NCBI GenBank assembly: GCA_038496445.1
Contig: JALMLS010000585.1
Span: 372,001 to 436,000 of the forward strand
Source: Trichosphaerium sp. ATCC 40318
Lineage: Eukaryota; Protista; Tubulinea
Length of the DNA stretch: 64,000 bases
Direction of reading: 5' to 3'
Part shown: piece after piece, positions 1 to 13,478 of the stretch
Position numbering within the stretch: position 1 is the stretch's first letter
Layout of the letters: each line of letters opens with the position of its first letter
Notes under the pieces: model-generated
The model's input: the letters and a program-made list of their open reading frames with translations, nothing else
Told to the model about the DNA's origin: nothing
The model's database searches: none
Position numbers and translations under genes: made by a program

Positions 1-357
1 TTGGGGTTATTAGCCCCTTTGCTGGTTTGTAACTTCTCTAATTATTGGTGCTTGTAAAATTTTTCACAGTGCTAAAGTAGGTCACGTGATAATGAAACCA
101 CAACGGATGCTTACGTACTCAACAAAAGTCAATTAAAATCTCACGTACATGCTTACTGAAATACGGACAACGAAAGGTGGGGGAAGCCTAGCAGCGTCAA
201 TGTCCGCAATGAGCGTAGATTAACACGTCTTCTGAGCTTTCAGATCGCGAGGTATCACTAGAAGTGCATTTGTAAACAGATTTCTGAATTGTAAAAAAAC
301 GAGATGACTGTAGCATTTAAAGCACTTTGTCTGCTGATATGTTTATTCGTGATTGAG

Positions 358-1253
358 TTACAAAGAGTCTAACATTGCCTTCATTCTATCACTTTGGATT
401 ATCAATACTTGATGCATGACAATTGGAAGTTGACTGAGCTCCAAGACTTTCTTCATTTCGTCCATAACAAACTCTTTGTCATGAATCTTTCTTGCTTTTT
501 TCAACATTCCACCAATTATCTTCTGAGCAGATTGAAGATCGTCCTTATCAAGCAATGCTTGTAATTCCGTAGAAGATGAAGCAATCTCGGCGACATATGA
601 GTCATGCTTAGCTGTTAAACGCTACAGAAAAGTAAGAAAAAAAACAGATTTCAAAACGTACTTTTAAGGCCTCAGCTTTCTTCTTCTGCTGCTTTTCAGA
701 AAGTTTAATTTCGTCAACCACAGATTCCATAGCTTTACAAAAAGCGTTCAAAGCTCCAACAGAACTCTTATTATCCTGGACATACTTCGCAATAGCAATG
801 AAAATGATTACCTAGTGCGAAGTGTGAAAACCAACAAGTTTACAAAGTTTGAAGCCACACGTACACGTTGTTTGGTGTTGAACACATTTTGGACCTCTTC
901 CATTGCTTGTTTCCTTCTAGATTCTATTTGCTATATTTTCATTAGCAAACAAGACCACATGTGAGAGTATTTAAACGTACATCACGAGCTTTGTCCAACG
1001 ACAATTTTCTTTTGCCCATCTTAACTTGCCAGCCGACTTTCTTAGCATCCACAATAGCTTTCATCTCTACATCACAAAGTTAGTACTAAGGTACAAGCGA
1101 AGAGATTTAACCTTCGACAAGCTTGAAAACTGCTGGTAGACGGTCAGTTACATCAGTTAAAACACTGCTCATGATAGATTTAATTTGTAGTTTTTGATCT
1201 TCCGTTACTTCGGCAGATGCCGCTACATCTTTTAATACTGTGATGATATCCAT
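358..1253 (-). CDS. Hypothetical alpha-helical/coiled-coil protein, about 5 exons
   Basis: ATG at 1253 (MDIITVLKDVAAS...). Exons joined by short GT-AG introns lead to the terminal exon ...LLDKDDLQSAQKIIGG...AMLDSL* (stop at 358). No recognisable domain. Confidence 0.6.
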
Positions 1254-1974
1254 TGAAGTAATTGGTTGTTAAAGGAGCTGTTGCGATCTGTATTTGAGTA
1301 TTGAGATTATATTTGAACAAGGAACTTGTTTTCTTAAATTATTCTTCCGCTGGCTAAAATAATCTACCGGCTGAAGTTTTTATGGAAAATACCATCAATC
1401 GCAGTATATATACAGGCACGGGTTAAATATCCTTGATGGCAGGCAAAAAGAGTTACCATTACTCAAAACTACAAAACTGCAATATTTTTCTTCGGTTACG
1501 TGAAAATCCTTTGTTTGTTTTGTAAAGCGCTACAACCTAAAAAGCAAAACAAACAGGTGATTTAGGTTCGTGTGCATTAAATCAAAAGCGTGTTAGAGCC
1601 AGCGTACATCTAGTGTTTTCAAAGTCAGATAGAACCAACCACGTGGGTATTTATTCCAACAAACCTAGACGGATTCAAGCATTGGTAAAACAAAATTGTT
1701 GTGGGCAGTATTAAACTTGGTTGTCGTATAACCTGACTATGTTTTCTGCTATCGATTTGCTGTTAGACAAAAGGTTGCTTCAATTGTTTGCAAAACAATC
1801 AACGTCCATATGTTGTCGTGTTGTTCCTTAAAATTCCATGCTTTTAGTAAAACAGTGCCGCAGTGGTTCCTAGTTCTTCAGTTAACCGGCTTAATTCTCT
1901 ATGGCGCGTGTAATACACGCTCCTAGAAGCTAGAATTGTTTACAAAAAAACACGATCAACTCTAACCACGGACT

Positions 1975-3220
1975 ATGTTGTTTTCAATCCGTTTAATACT
2001 CACAATTGCATGTACATACGCGGTGTTTGCTGTTTGGACAAATCCGTTGCGGGTTATAACAGAAAATGGTCCTGTTATTGGTAAATATGACGGCTACGGA
2101 TCTAGAGCCTTCTTGGGAACTCCATATGCAGCTCCTCCGGTAAACGAGCTACGCTGCGGCGTCCACCTAAATCAGTGGAAGACTGGTAATTGCTCTAGAT
2201 TTTAATGAATACACGCCTTATAACCCAATAGGGAAGATGAACTTGTTGCAACCGAATATCAGTATTGTTGTCCTCAACTAGAAACTACACCTGGAGCGCC
2301 TGTTCAATCAGGAGTTCCTGCTGACTCACAAGACGAGGATTGTTTGTATCTAAATATATGGACACCACGTGGCGCAGTTTCGAATCGACCTGTAATGTTA
2401 TGGATCCATGGCGGCGCTATTGAAGTATTGTTTTCCGAAGCTCATTTATTACTCACTCAACACCTTTACGCACTTAACTTGGTTAAATTGTTTATCAGTT
2501 TGTTGTAGGCACTGTTTTCTTAGACGGCTTTTTGCCTGTTTCTTTGAGCGAAGAGATTATATCAAGTGGATATAGCAAGTTCGAGAATGATACTATTTCT
2601 GCTGGTATTCTTGAAGAGTATCCCTGCTCCTCATATGACCCAACAGATTGTTTCTTTGCTCAAGCTGAAGTACTTGGGGACTACTTATTCGTTTGTCCTA
2701 CAATGCTTGCCACAGATGCTATCTCCAAAGGTAAATAGCTGCTCCTATATAATGGTTAACTGTTTAACAGTTCAAAGAAACACTCATACTTGTTCTTACA
2801 AGAAGTGTCATACAATGATATATTTCCTAAACTTGGTGCATTTCACGGTACAGAGTTGCCGTTCGTTTTCTCAACACTTGATACAACTCCAGCTTTTACT
2901 GAAGACAAACAAATACTAGTTTACAACATTTTCCGAAAGAAAAAACTGTACATCTTGCACGTGCTTATGTTTTTTTAGAAATGACATGTCCAACTTATGG
3001 GCAAACTTTGGTAGGTGTAGCTCACCTAACCATTGTAGATACAGCCTACCCACCATGTGCTCTAACTCTCCACATTTTAAGAAAATGTACAAAAAACATT
3101 AAATGGCCAAGGTGCAGAGGTTGACAGCAAACAGAAGTGTTATTGTAAGAAATTAGAAAAACGCGAGTGTGACTTTGGGAGACAGAGTACCCTTACATTG
3201 TTATTACAAGCATCTAATAT
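1975..3220 (+). pseudogene. Type-B carboxylesterase, probably disrupted
   Basis: Signal peptide plus [31 protein letters not shown] and C-terminal GAFHGTELPFVF motifs. A frameshift near 2155 disrupts the expected LRWRPP. The catalytic GxSAG region is absent between WIHGG and the C-terminal part. Confidence 0.75.
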
Positions 3221-3653
3221 ATTCGAATATCCTCCTGTCATATTCCTAGTTGCATTCATGATGAGTTGTATTAAAAAAGGAAGTTCGTTAATAATACTAC
3301 TCATAAGCGACATGTACAGCCAATGCTAAAGGTATTTATAAACTACATGTAGGAGTAACACTATAATACTAAAATTAGATTATACCTAAGATAAACATAT
3401 CTAGATTGTTTTGAATATACTAGCGCCAATTTTTGTACTAATTAATCATATGTATCGACACTTGATTATTTAGTTTACCACGGTCGTGCTAATCTGTATG
3501 CTCCCTATTTTTCTTGCTTAAAGTGAATGAAGCAACTTAATCTAAACGTTAAGCTTTTAGTTTGACCTACACCTGTGAATGGGCACACGTGACATTTTGA
3601 TCTTTCAGAGTATCAATATCCAATAACGCAATAAAATAACCTTTTTTATTTAG

Positions 3654-5248
3654 CTACCTGCTGTAGGTAAATATACAATAGCATAGAAGCAGAGCCAACG
3701 AGAATAATGTTAACATAATTTGCGAAAATGAAAGAGTTTTTTCACTAATTGCACGCATTGCCAAAAGCTTCTTCATTTCATCCTCAAGAGACTTTTCAGC
3801 TGTTGTGAGTTTAATATCAAAGTCCCTTTAAATACATAATAAGTGAACACATGAGGAACTTAGTGTGCGAGTTGCCTTGTACCTTTTTAATTTTGCATTT
3901 GTGAGAATTGTATCACCAAATAATTGTGCAATTAAGTGTGCTTTACCTCCACCCCATGAGAAGTATGTAAAAAGATCCAATACTATTTTAGGTATGGCGA
4001 GTGTACTCGTGTGTAATTTGGGAAACTTTTTTCGGATAATACGTGCCATATCAAGCGGAGATAGGTTCTCTTCTGAAGCAAGCAAATAACGACCTATTTT
4101 AATGTTAAGTTAGTGTTAACACAACGCTATATAACTTGCCTTCATACTGCTCTTGGAGTGCCATTACATGTATTTTTGCGCAATCCCTTACGTCTATGGT
4201 GTTAAATGGCCATTCTAGTTGTGCTGGAAGCATAGTTGCTATTCTGTTCGAAAACAATCAGACTAACTTTTTTGTGAGCATGTATATGTAGTTGTACCCA
4301 ATCATGCCTTGAACAGGCGCAGTTAATGAATATCCACACGGAGGACCAATTATAAAAGAAGGGCATAGGGTGACAACTTTGAAAGATATGTCATCTGCAG
4401 AGGCAAAGCGAATAGCCTAAAGAAAACTAAGCGAAACCAAAAACCGTCTGAAAAAGTTGTTTCGTACATATTGTTCAGTTATTGTCTTCATGTAATTGTA
4501 AGGAAAAAGATTCTTATCAACTTCGCTCCAGTTATCTTCTGTATGGATTCCCTCTGGCGGATTATGATAATCAAGACGTCCTGTCTGTTATCGTCAATAG
4601 AAAGTTCATGTAAAAATAAAAAGACCTAAAAGGCTTTTAGTTGTTGCTAACACTTCTTGTACATACAACATACTACAGCGGCGGCTGATGACGTTATAAC
4701 AACCTAATAAATTAGTGTTAATAAACAAGGATTCAACGTATCAAGCTATGAAGGATATGAGCTAGCTTAAAACCCTGCTCAAAAAACAAACCTTCTTTAT
4801 AGTTTTACATCCTTTGCAAGCATCCATCAATCGTTTCATCCCTTCCGCGCTACAAACAATGTATTACATACAAAAGGGTTCACTCATCTTTGTTGAGATA
4901 CCCAACGGCAATTGCATCAACATTAAACAGCTCAACTGGTGCTGCAGTATGAACAACAAATTGAGTGCCTTTCAATAACTTATTGAAGTCTCCTGTTTCA
5001 AGATCGAACTCTAACGGAGTCAAACGATTACCACGACATTATACGGTTTCCATACTATGTATTGAAAGCTTCCCAGGATGCTCATCTTGTTGTTCTTGTA
5101 GAAAAAGCATTTTTTTTCTGTTTCCCAGATTTCTTGCTGTAGCACGCACGTGATAACCGCTTTTAAGAAGCTGATGAACTACATGGCTTCCCAAATAACC
5201 GGTAGCACCTGTTACTACAACAGTGTTGTGTTTCGCTTCGGTTTCCAT
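3654..5248 (-). CDS. NAD(P)-dependent epimerase/dehydratase (extended SDR, dihydroflavonol/aldehyde reductase-like) with C-terminal membrane anchor
   Basis: VVVTGATGYLGSHVV Rossmann motif, VVHTAAP and EGRYL motifs. Multi-exon, ending in the hydrophobic tail IMLTLFSLALLLCYCIFTYSR*. Confidence 0.85.
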
Positions 5249-6448
5249 AACTTTTTAGCTAAAACGCTCTACCACGCCACGTTAGCGTATATTCAACGTT
5301 TATTGTGTTAATAAGCGAGTTTGAGATAACTTGAGCATAATAAACGTCTAAATGTATCGAACTCTTTTAAATATGTACCTAAACAACGATATCTTATCCT
5401 TGATACACAGGCTCTCAAACCTAGCCGCACAGAAATAAAACAAATCCTTCACTTACATAGTCAACAGCAGTCTATTCACTTAGGTAGCAAAAAAAATTGC
5501 GTATTTGTTTAATATGTGTCAGTATGGAGGTTTTGTTTACCCGACTCAATAAATCCAATGAAAGTGCTTAACATTTGTAGATGCATCCACTAATTCGCTT
5601 TTGCACGTTGGTAGAAAACTCACATGTTTTGCATCCCACTACGCGCATAGAGTACTATTGTAATAATTTGAGCGCCAGCAGTGGAGTTTAAGCAAAAGGG
5701 GAAATAAGAACTTGTCAGCGAGTTTTCTGTGCTGCTTTATCCCACACGCGAGGTTTTTCAACGTTTATAGCTTACGTTAGATTGGACAACGTTGTCAATA
5801 TAAGGGAGACGCGCTTGGGAGGAAAGACGCTCAGTCTTTGGTGGCTCTAGCGTAGCCGCACGAGCGGATTTATTCTACATTTAAGAACACTCGTGTGAAT
5901 TGCAAATGTGTTTGAAGGAAAAATAAAGAAATAATTTTTACAAGAAAAAGAAAAAGGATTTTAGGGAGGGTGAGGGGATGTTTTGATTGCTACTCGCCAT
6001 TGTTGTTGTTGTTGCCTATTGTGTCCTTTGATATTGACAGTCTTGTTCAGTCCAACCAAACGCTTGAAATGTTCCACATCTTCATTCATAAGGTAGAAAA
6101 CTCGCACAAAAGTTTGTTTATCCTTTTCGGTTCTCTTGTGAAACTGGACATTGACACTAAGAGTATCTGATATCTGACAGTTTTCTTACAAATAAGGTGC
6201 CCAAGTTTCCTTTTTGAAACGTTTCTCAACTCGGAATTTTTCCAAACTTAAGTTAGGCCCTTAAAGCTATTGTTTTTTAACACCAGGCAAGAGCTTTGTA
6301 ATCAGTTTATACGTGCTCATAGACCTCTCATACTCAACAGTTCTTTTTGGTCATATCCACACTTAACAGCCTCATTTATCTGAATAACTGAAGCGTGGGC
6401 AAATATTTGGCTGGCGAAGAAAACAGCGAGTAAACAAAAAACAAAAAA

Positions 6449-7206
6449 TGTCCATGGTGAACAATCTCCGTGGTTTTCTTTGTACTATGCTGTGCAACAA
6501 TGGTAGCCTCACAAGGTTACATGGCCAAAGATGGAGACCCATTCAGTGGGCATACATGGGAGGCAAAAACAGCTAAAGAAAAGTTAAACACACTGTACTC
6601 TTCTATTGTCAGCGATACTGCGCCATTAGAGTGGTATAAAGCTGCACTGGTAGAAATTCTCGTAGAGAACATGAATACATCATTCGACGCCATTGCTGAT
6701 GATTTACCAAAACAAGGTACACACAATGCAAATACAACTTCAGCCTCAAACGATCATTTTCAAAAAGACAATCCCAACCAATCTACAATGTACCGTTTTA
6801 ACCTTGTGCACTAGGTCTTCTACAAACACGTAGAAAGAAACTTATTCATACAGTTGGTGGTATTGCTAAATGTCGTTGGGACAGTGTAGGAGCGCATAAC
6901 TACACTGGAATGTTCAAAGGAGCTGATTTTGCTCTTTGTCGGATGTCTACTGCTTTAAAACCTGGCCTTGTAGATTTCACACCTGCTTTGCGTATCAAAC
7001 TATTGGTTGACGGAATGCCTTCTGTCAATACTTTCGGAATGTACACTCTAGGAGGTCAGGATTCTTACAACTTCTTTAAACATGATCTCACAAACCATGT
7101 ACCAGTTCTTGGTACCTCAGGAAAGGCTGCTCTCCGCGCTCTTCTGAAGAGGTTCGAAATGGCTACCTTCGTAAATATTGACTCAAAAGGGAGTTCGCTT
7201 ACTTAA
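6449..7206 (+). pseudogene. Secreted catalase-like-fold protein, apparently frameshifted and truncated
   Basis: RKKLIHTVGGIAKCRW, YTGMFKGAD and NFFKHDLTNH resemble catalase-related proteins. ATG 6449 is out of frame with the signal-peptide-like VVFFVLCCA. No convincing C-terminal exon follows about 7170. Confidence 0.5.
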
Positions 7207-7391
7207 GGCTACACCTAAGGATTGGGACAAGTTGTTGCTTTCTCCATAAGAGTACAACCTTCTCACTCCTCCGCCTATAGCACCAAACTAGAAAACTGAT
7301 CGTTTACTACTGTCTTTTTTTGCTTAAATACTTTTCTGTGAAAAGTTGTTTTTAGTTCAATCCATTTTGTTACATCTTTGTTCCAGCCTGT

Positions 7392-8318
7392 ATGAGTACA
7401 AAACAATTTAAAGTGGTCATAGTCGGGCCTCCTGGAGTTGGAAAATCATCAGCAACTACCCAGTTCGTTTATAACCAATTCAGAAGCGATATAGACGCGA
7501 CAATAGAGGATTCGTACGGAAACACTCACCAATAAGTCCATAATCTAATCTGTAAGCTTATATACCTCTAGGTACCTGAGAAAAGCTACTATAGATGGAG
7601 AATCTGTTGAAATTGACATTCTCGACACACCCGGTTTTTCAGAGGCCAAACTACGTGATGCGGTACATACGCGTATTGAAACCCTTTCTGACACTCATCT
7701 AGTACATTCGCGATGGTGAAGGCTTTATTTTAATGTACAGCGTAACTGACTGAAAATCATTTGAAGAAATACAGAGTTTTTTTACTGCTATTTACCGGTA
7801 AGCAAGAGAATCCAGATGTAGAAGCTTTTTTTTTTCAATTTGACATTTTTTTGGTTTTTTTGAAATTTCGTAAAAATTGAGCCTTTTGAGGCTGCTCAGG
7901 TCCAAATGTTATTACAATTGTACACGCCAATATGCTTGGGATTTACAACGTTTAGTTTCCAGTTTGCAAAGAGCGTAAAGCCAAATATTTATGAAACAAA
8001 ACAAATCATTGCAGGCGCTACTTTTACATGCTAAATGGTTTTCATAGTGTAAAAGATTTAGATGATGATGGCTTGAATCCTATTATACTTGTCGGAAATA
8101 AAATAGATTTAAAACGAGATAGACAAGTAACCACTGAAGAAGGACAACAACTTGCAGAAGAACATAAGAGTGTATTTTTAGAATCATCTGCAAAAACATA
8201 TGTCAATGTAGATGAAATGTTTTATGAAGCTGTCAGAGAAATAAGAAAATACGAAGAAATACAAAACACTCCTACTGAACAACAAAAAAAAACAACAAAG
8301 CCATGTAAGGTGATGTAG
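7392..8318 (+). pseudogene. Ras-family small GTPase (copy A) with an in-frame TGA
   Basis: Four exons with GPPGVGKS, TIEDSY, DILDTPG, VGNKIDL, ESSAK and CAAX box CKVM. TGA at 7751-7753 lies in YSVTD*KSFEE, where the paralogue has Arg (AGA). Confidence 0.8.
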
Positions 8319-8506
8319 CAATAAAAAACTTTCAAGAAAATCCAACCTGTATCCAGTATCAAACATCTTCAAATGCGATTTATGAACAATGATGGAACAG
8401 CGGGTATATATTCTAATACTACCGCTATTTATGAACATAGCTAGCTTTTCTAGCAATGAGCAAGAGTTGGAAACAAATACAATTAATGATTCAAGCAATT
8501 TAACTG

Positions 8507-10068
8507 TTATTTTTGAATACTTTTTTGGCTGTTTTGCGTTTTGTACAATGCAAAGACAAGTAAAGAGACGCCAGCGATTACAATAATTATTACAAAGATT
8601 ACAAGGAATGAAACCAACCCTTTGGATACAGTAGTTTCACATCCTGATACTTGAAACAATATTGATAATGATTTACTGTTGTATTCCTCTGTACCTTTTT
8701 GTTTGAGGAAAAATTATGTTAACACGTGACAAATTGTACAATTTGTTTTACGTAAATTCTTGTACCTATAACTTCTTTACATGGGTCATCATTGTGATGT
8801 ACGTTTATGTCATGGAGACCATAGTTAGAGCACTCAAAAGAAGCAAAGAAAACAACATCGTCTAAATAAGCGGATGAGTGAAAAAAAAAAAGACTCCAAA
8901 AGAAAACATGAGATACGTACTGTGTTTAACTTTATCCACAAACACATTAATTGATGCATTTGACAGTACAGTATAGCATCCTTTTACAGTTATATTAACT
9001 TCGTTCCTCATGTTAATCTCTACGTTCTCCATTATGACACTTGTATTCTGAAAGTAGAATTAGGTTCCATTGTATTTATAAACAATTCCTTACCACTACT
9101 GTACTTGAAATTACGTCAACCATAACACTTCCATACTCTTGATAGGAACAGCTTACCGACTGGGAATTACACAATGATATGTTAGCATTGAAAGTGTCCG
9201 TTTCTAAAGTCTATTACACCTTTGACATACTAAAAAACTTACGACAAAGAGCACCACGTCGTTTAGCACAATCTTCGTCATTCAGTTTCCTCAGGAACAT
9301 TGAACCGCAATACTCTTGGCCAGTTTCATTTGGGTAAAAAGCTGAAGGGTTTGCTGGTGCCCAATGATCTTGAATAAACTTATTTAAACTTGCATCGTTG
9401 TTGGCACTTCACAACAAAAGTAAGTATTTTAGAAAACCAACAAAGTCATACACATCATTATCCGTGTATAGTGGTGTATCTACCAATCTAAGATTACTCC
9501 GTCTCCAATAAAACTGTGAAAGTAGATCTCTACATGCTGTACATTTTTCAGCATTGTCAATACACTCGCAGCTACTATCAATTAACCTCCAACCATTTGG
9601 AGTTGTGGGTCTGCAGAATGTTAGAAGAAAAGAAACAAAATAAGGCTGGCACATAATACACCAAGAACATACCTTGGATATCTATTAAAAGGAGATCGCA
9701 CACGCTCAAGATCTATCCAATACCTGTTAGATTGGGGTCTTAACGCCAAGATAGCACCAGCCTCCACTATGTCTTCGAAAGTCCAAATTTCTGCCAACTT
9801 TTGGCCTCTTTATCAAATAATTAAACCGTTATTGCTTCGATCACGTGAAGACGGTACCTTGAGATGCATAAATCACCTGCTTCCTCAAAGGTGTAATTTC
9901 CCTCAACGAGTGTATATTTATTCGCCTTAAAAAAGCCACAAATAAGAAAATATCACGTGGATGACCTAGAAAACAGGTTCCGAACGTTTTTTATTTTTTG
10001 AAAAAATAGCGTACTAGTATTGCTGTATAATAATAAAATAAGACAATCAGAATGATCGAGAGATGCAT
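8507..10068 (-). CDS. C-type lectin-like domain type I membrane protein (copy A)
   Basis: Signal peptide, CTLD motifs (FEEAGDLC..RGQKLAEI, YWIDLER, W-P-E-C...LNDEDC...LC), Cys-containing stalk and a single TM helix. Matches the 10981-12592 gene exon for exon. Confidence 0.75.
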
Positions 10069-10399
10069 ACCTACACGTTTAGGAGTTTGGATAAATATCC
10101 TGCGCTTTGAATTGATTAGGAAAATAATCCAAAAAAAAAAAGCAGGAAACATACTATTTTCCACCAGAATAACGAGTGGATTTTGATACTAGCACATATT
10201 AACCTGTGCTGCCATACCCACCAATGGATGACATTTTGTGAGTGAAGGTCGGATCCGACTGAAAGCGAACAGTGCTCTATATTAGCTTGCATTTGCTGGC
10301 CCATACTCGAATAGTGTTAACCCAAACTGGAATACAAATAATCCACTTGAGTGGATTTTGGTCCATATTTTTGTGGAAAATGTGTCGTCTGCAAAAAGC

Positions 10400-10461
10400 C
10401 AGTTTAAAGTTAAGTGTAGACATACCTTATCTCTTTGGCTTTCCTTGAAATAAATCAATAT
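10400..10461 (-). repeat. About 62-bp dispersed repeat; second copy at 60461-60522 (+)
   Basis: Shared sequence atattga.ttatttcaaggaaagccaaagagataagg.......acacttaactttaaactg. Confidence 0.7.
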
Positions 10462-10980
10462 AATTCCCCCGCACCAATGCTTTGATTCTTCTATAATTGA
10501 ATGCCTAGCACATAAGTCCAAAGCACCTTCCAATGCTTTTAAACTGCATCGTTTGTAAATGAACAATTACTTTCGGAAACAAGCCAATGCTTTAGCCCTC
10601 GTCTGCATTGAAATGCATAAATGAAGCATAGAATATGTACACATTATAGTGATTTGATACCTCTGTTAGTGGAGAGAATAGTAATTGAGGTCAGGTTACA
10701 TCAGTTACAAAAATAGCTTTTTATTGACTTATAGGCAAAAAAAAAGCACAAAAAAAGGGGGGAGAAAGTAACGCAGTATTTTCGCACCTTTTTTGTGGAG
10801 TTGTAGTGACGTAACGGGCGTTAACCAGATGCCAAATTTCAACTTGTTAATGTGACGTCACCGTATTAATTCCCCCCTCCCCCAAACTCCGGTTAAGACA
10901 TTTCCTCAACAAACTTCTTTTTTGGCTACCTCGCAACATAAAGAAGTGTCATAACTATTGGCCTAAACACAAAGAAGATT

Positions 10981-12592
10981 ATGCGGCTCCTTGTGATTAT
11001 TTATTCACTCTTATTTTATCTAACAGCATCGGTATGGCATTCGGAGTCTTTCGTTTACGCATGTAAATGATAATTTGAGGCTCTTGTTTCTGATTGAAGT
11101 TGTTTTACAGGCAAACAAATACACAGCCATTGATGGGAATTATACAATTGAAGAAGCGCGTAATTTATGTAAATCAAGGTAATATCACCACGTGATCAAA
11201 ACCAATAACAAGTTCCTAACTATTTGATAAAGAGGCCAAAAGTTGGCAGAAATTTGGACTGTCGAAGACAGACTGGAGGCTGCCAGCGCTATAAGCAAAT
11301 TTAGAACTCCATATTGGATAGATCTAGAGCGTCATCATATCCCCTTCAGTAGATTTCCAGAGTAAGCCGATCTCGCCGCATAAATATAACATCCTGTAAG
11401 GCGCAAAACGTCAAATTCTGGAAAGTTGTATGAAAGTAGTTGCGAGTGTGTTGACCATGAACGATGTGCAGCATGTCGAGAACTACTCTCACAATTTGTT
11501 TGGAGACGAAGTAATCTTTGTTTGGCAGATACACCATTGTACACTGATAACAATAATGTGTACGTCTTGTATTCTATCATGAAGATTTCGAAGAACGCTT
11601 ACTTTTTTTGTTTAACAGTACAACAAACGATTCAAGTCTGATCACGTTTATTGAAAATAATTGGACCAGAGGGAACCCTTCAGCGTATTCTCCAAATGAA
11701 ACTGTTCAAGAGTATTGCGTTAACATGTTAAATAACAAAATGAATGACAATAGATGCGATGCTCGAACTGGCGTTCTGTGTGGTAAGTCAAAAGACTCCA
11801 GCATATTAAAAACTCTAACAGACTCCAGAAACGGATACATTCACTGCAGAAAATTCAGTGTGCAATTCCGGTGCTTGTAATTGCTCCTTCGTAAATGGCT
11901 ATACAGTGGCCGATGTGTATTCGAGTATAGTAGTGGTAATAATTGTGTTCAAAACAAATGAGTGCTAACACTACCCAGAATACAAGTGTAGTACTAGAGA
12001 ACGTAGAGCTTAGCATGAGCAACAAAGTTAATATAACTGTAAAAGGATGCTATAACGTACTCGCAAATGTATCAATCAACTTGTTTGTAGACAAGGGTAA
12101 ACACAGTACGTATCTCCCTTTTGTCTACTTTTTGAATTGTAACAACTTTCCTAGATGATGTTATTTTCCTTGCTTCGTTTGACTGCTCTAACTTTGGTTC
12201 TCAAAACATAACAATACATCATAATTATGACAAGTGCACAAACGTTACAGGTATTCATTTTGCATGAAACTAAATCACGTGCTATGCTAAGTGCTAACAT
12301 ACTTTGTCTCAAACAAATAGGTATAGAGAAATACAACAGTAAATCGTTATCAGTGTTGTTACATGTATCAGGATGTGCTACAGCTGCAGTACCTGAAGCA
12401 TTAGTTTTGTTTTGTATAGTATCGGGAATCATAATCGTCCTTATTTGTGTCTCTTTACTTGTGTACATAGCATATAAGAGACTCAAACGCAAAGTGCAGA
12501 ACAAGCCATCAAAAGGCGTTGCTTCTGTGGTTGAAATGACAGCGAGAGATAGCAACTTCTTACCTAAACAATCTTCGTTCAAACGAATGTAA
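10981..12592 (+). CDS. C-type lectin-like domain type I membrane protein (copy B)
   Basis: ATG 10981 (MRLLVIIYSL...), CTLD with QEYCVNMLNNKMNDNRC, TM helix LVLFCIVSGIIIVLICVSLLVYIAY and a short basic cytoplasmic tail. Confidence 0.8.
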
Positions 12593-13230
12593 TTCTAAAT
12601 AAACACAGCTAGATTAATGTCGTATCCAGAACCCGTAAGGTCACGTGTTCAAAAGTTTGTTCCGGGTTGTATGCAATAAATTCCCTTTCTAATCTCACCA
12701 GTTATATGTACAATCGTTCTAATGTCCATCTTCATTCCATATTTTCAGTCAACGATAACCAAAAGCGGTTGCTCAGCTAGCGTCCACTATGACCATATTT
12801 TACGATTCTCCAAACCACGTGATGTATTCGAAATATCACGTGCACATTGTGCGAATAAAAAGTGGTATTTGCGGCTAATTTTGTATTGGGAATCTCACAT
12901 AGCCCACACTATTACCAGAACCAAAGAAGCCAGTTTGAATTGCAACCGTAGCTTGTAATACTTGAACTGGACATGTGATTTCAGAGTTATTTATACTTCA
13001 TGATGGTGAAAAGAAAATGAAAGATTTCCGATTTAGAGATGCACTGTTAAATACTCAAACTATGGCTTGTCGGAATGGCTCTATTTATTGTATGTTTTTC
13101 AAACCGGATTTCTCTGGTATATGTGTTTGTAGATTACCTGTATCAATTGAACCATATATTTGTAACCACTTGTACAACAATTCTATTAAATACAGTATGT
13201 CTTTTTTTTTTCTGTTGCTTTTTTTGTCTT

Positions 13231-13392
13231 TTAACGACATCTTGATATGCTTATGTTAGTAGCGCCTACCAAGGCCTTTATACCCGTATTTGTTATTTTC
13301 TTGCACTTATACAACATGATAGTGTGTACTCCTGCCAACGCCTTCAAACCTTCATCTGTAACATTTGTATGTTGCAAATTTATTGTGTTTAC
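13231..13392 (-). pseudogene. LRR fragment of the LAGVHTI-repeat family
   Basis: Translates as NVTDEGLKALAGVHTIMLYKCKKITNTGIKALVG, the same repeat as 57731-58843. No start codon or F-box. Confidence 0.7.
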
Positions 13393-13478
13393 TAACCAAA
13401 AAACTATTGTCAGTAAATCAAAAGCTAGTTTTTGTTGTTGTTAAGATCTCTTTGGAGTGGTTGAGAATACTTTATTTA

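Noticed and set aside
5960-6265. Degenerate minus-strand reading frame of about 100 codons with an internal stop
   Set aside because: No start, splice structure or recognisable domain, so it cannot be assigned.
10745-10890. GGGGGGAG...GTGACGT...CCCCCCTCCCCC patch resembling a MITE subterminus
   Set aside because: No clear TIR pair or TSD. It may simply be the lectin promoter.
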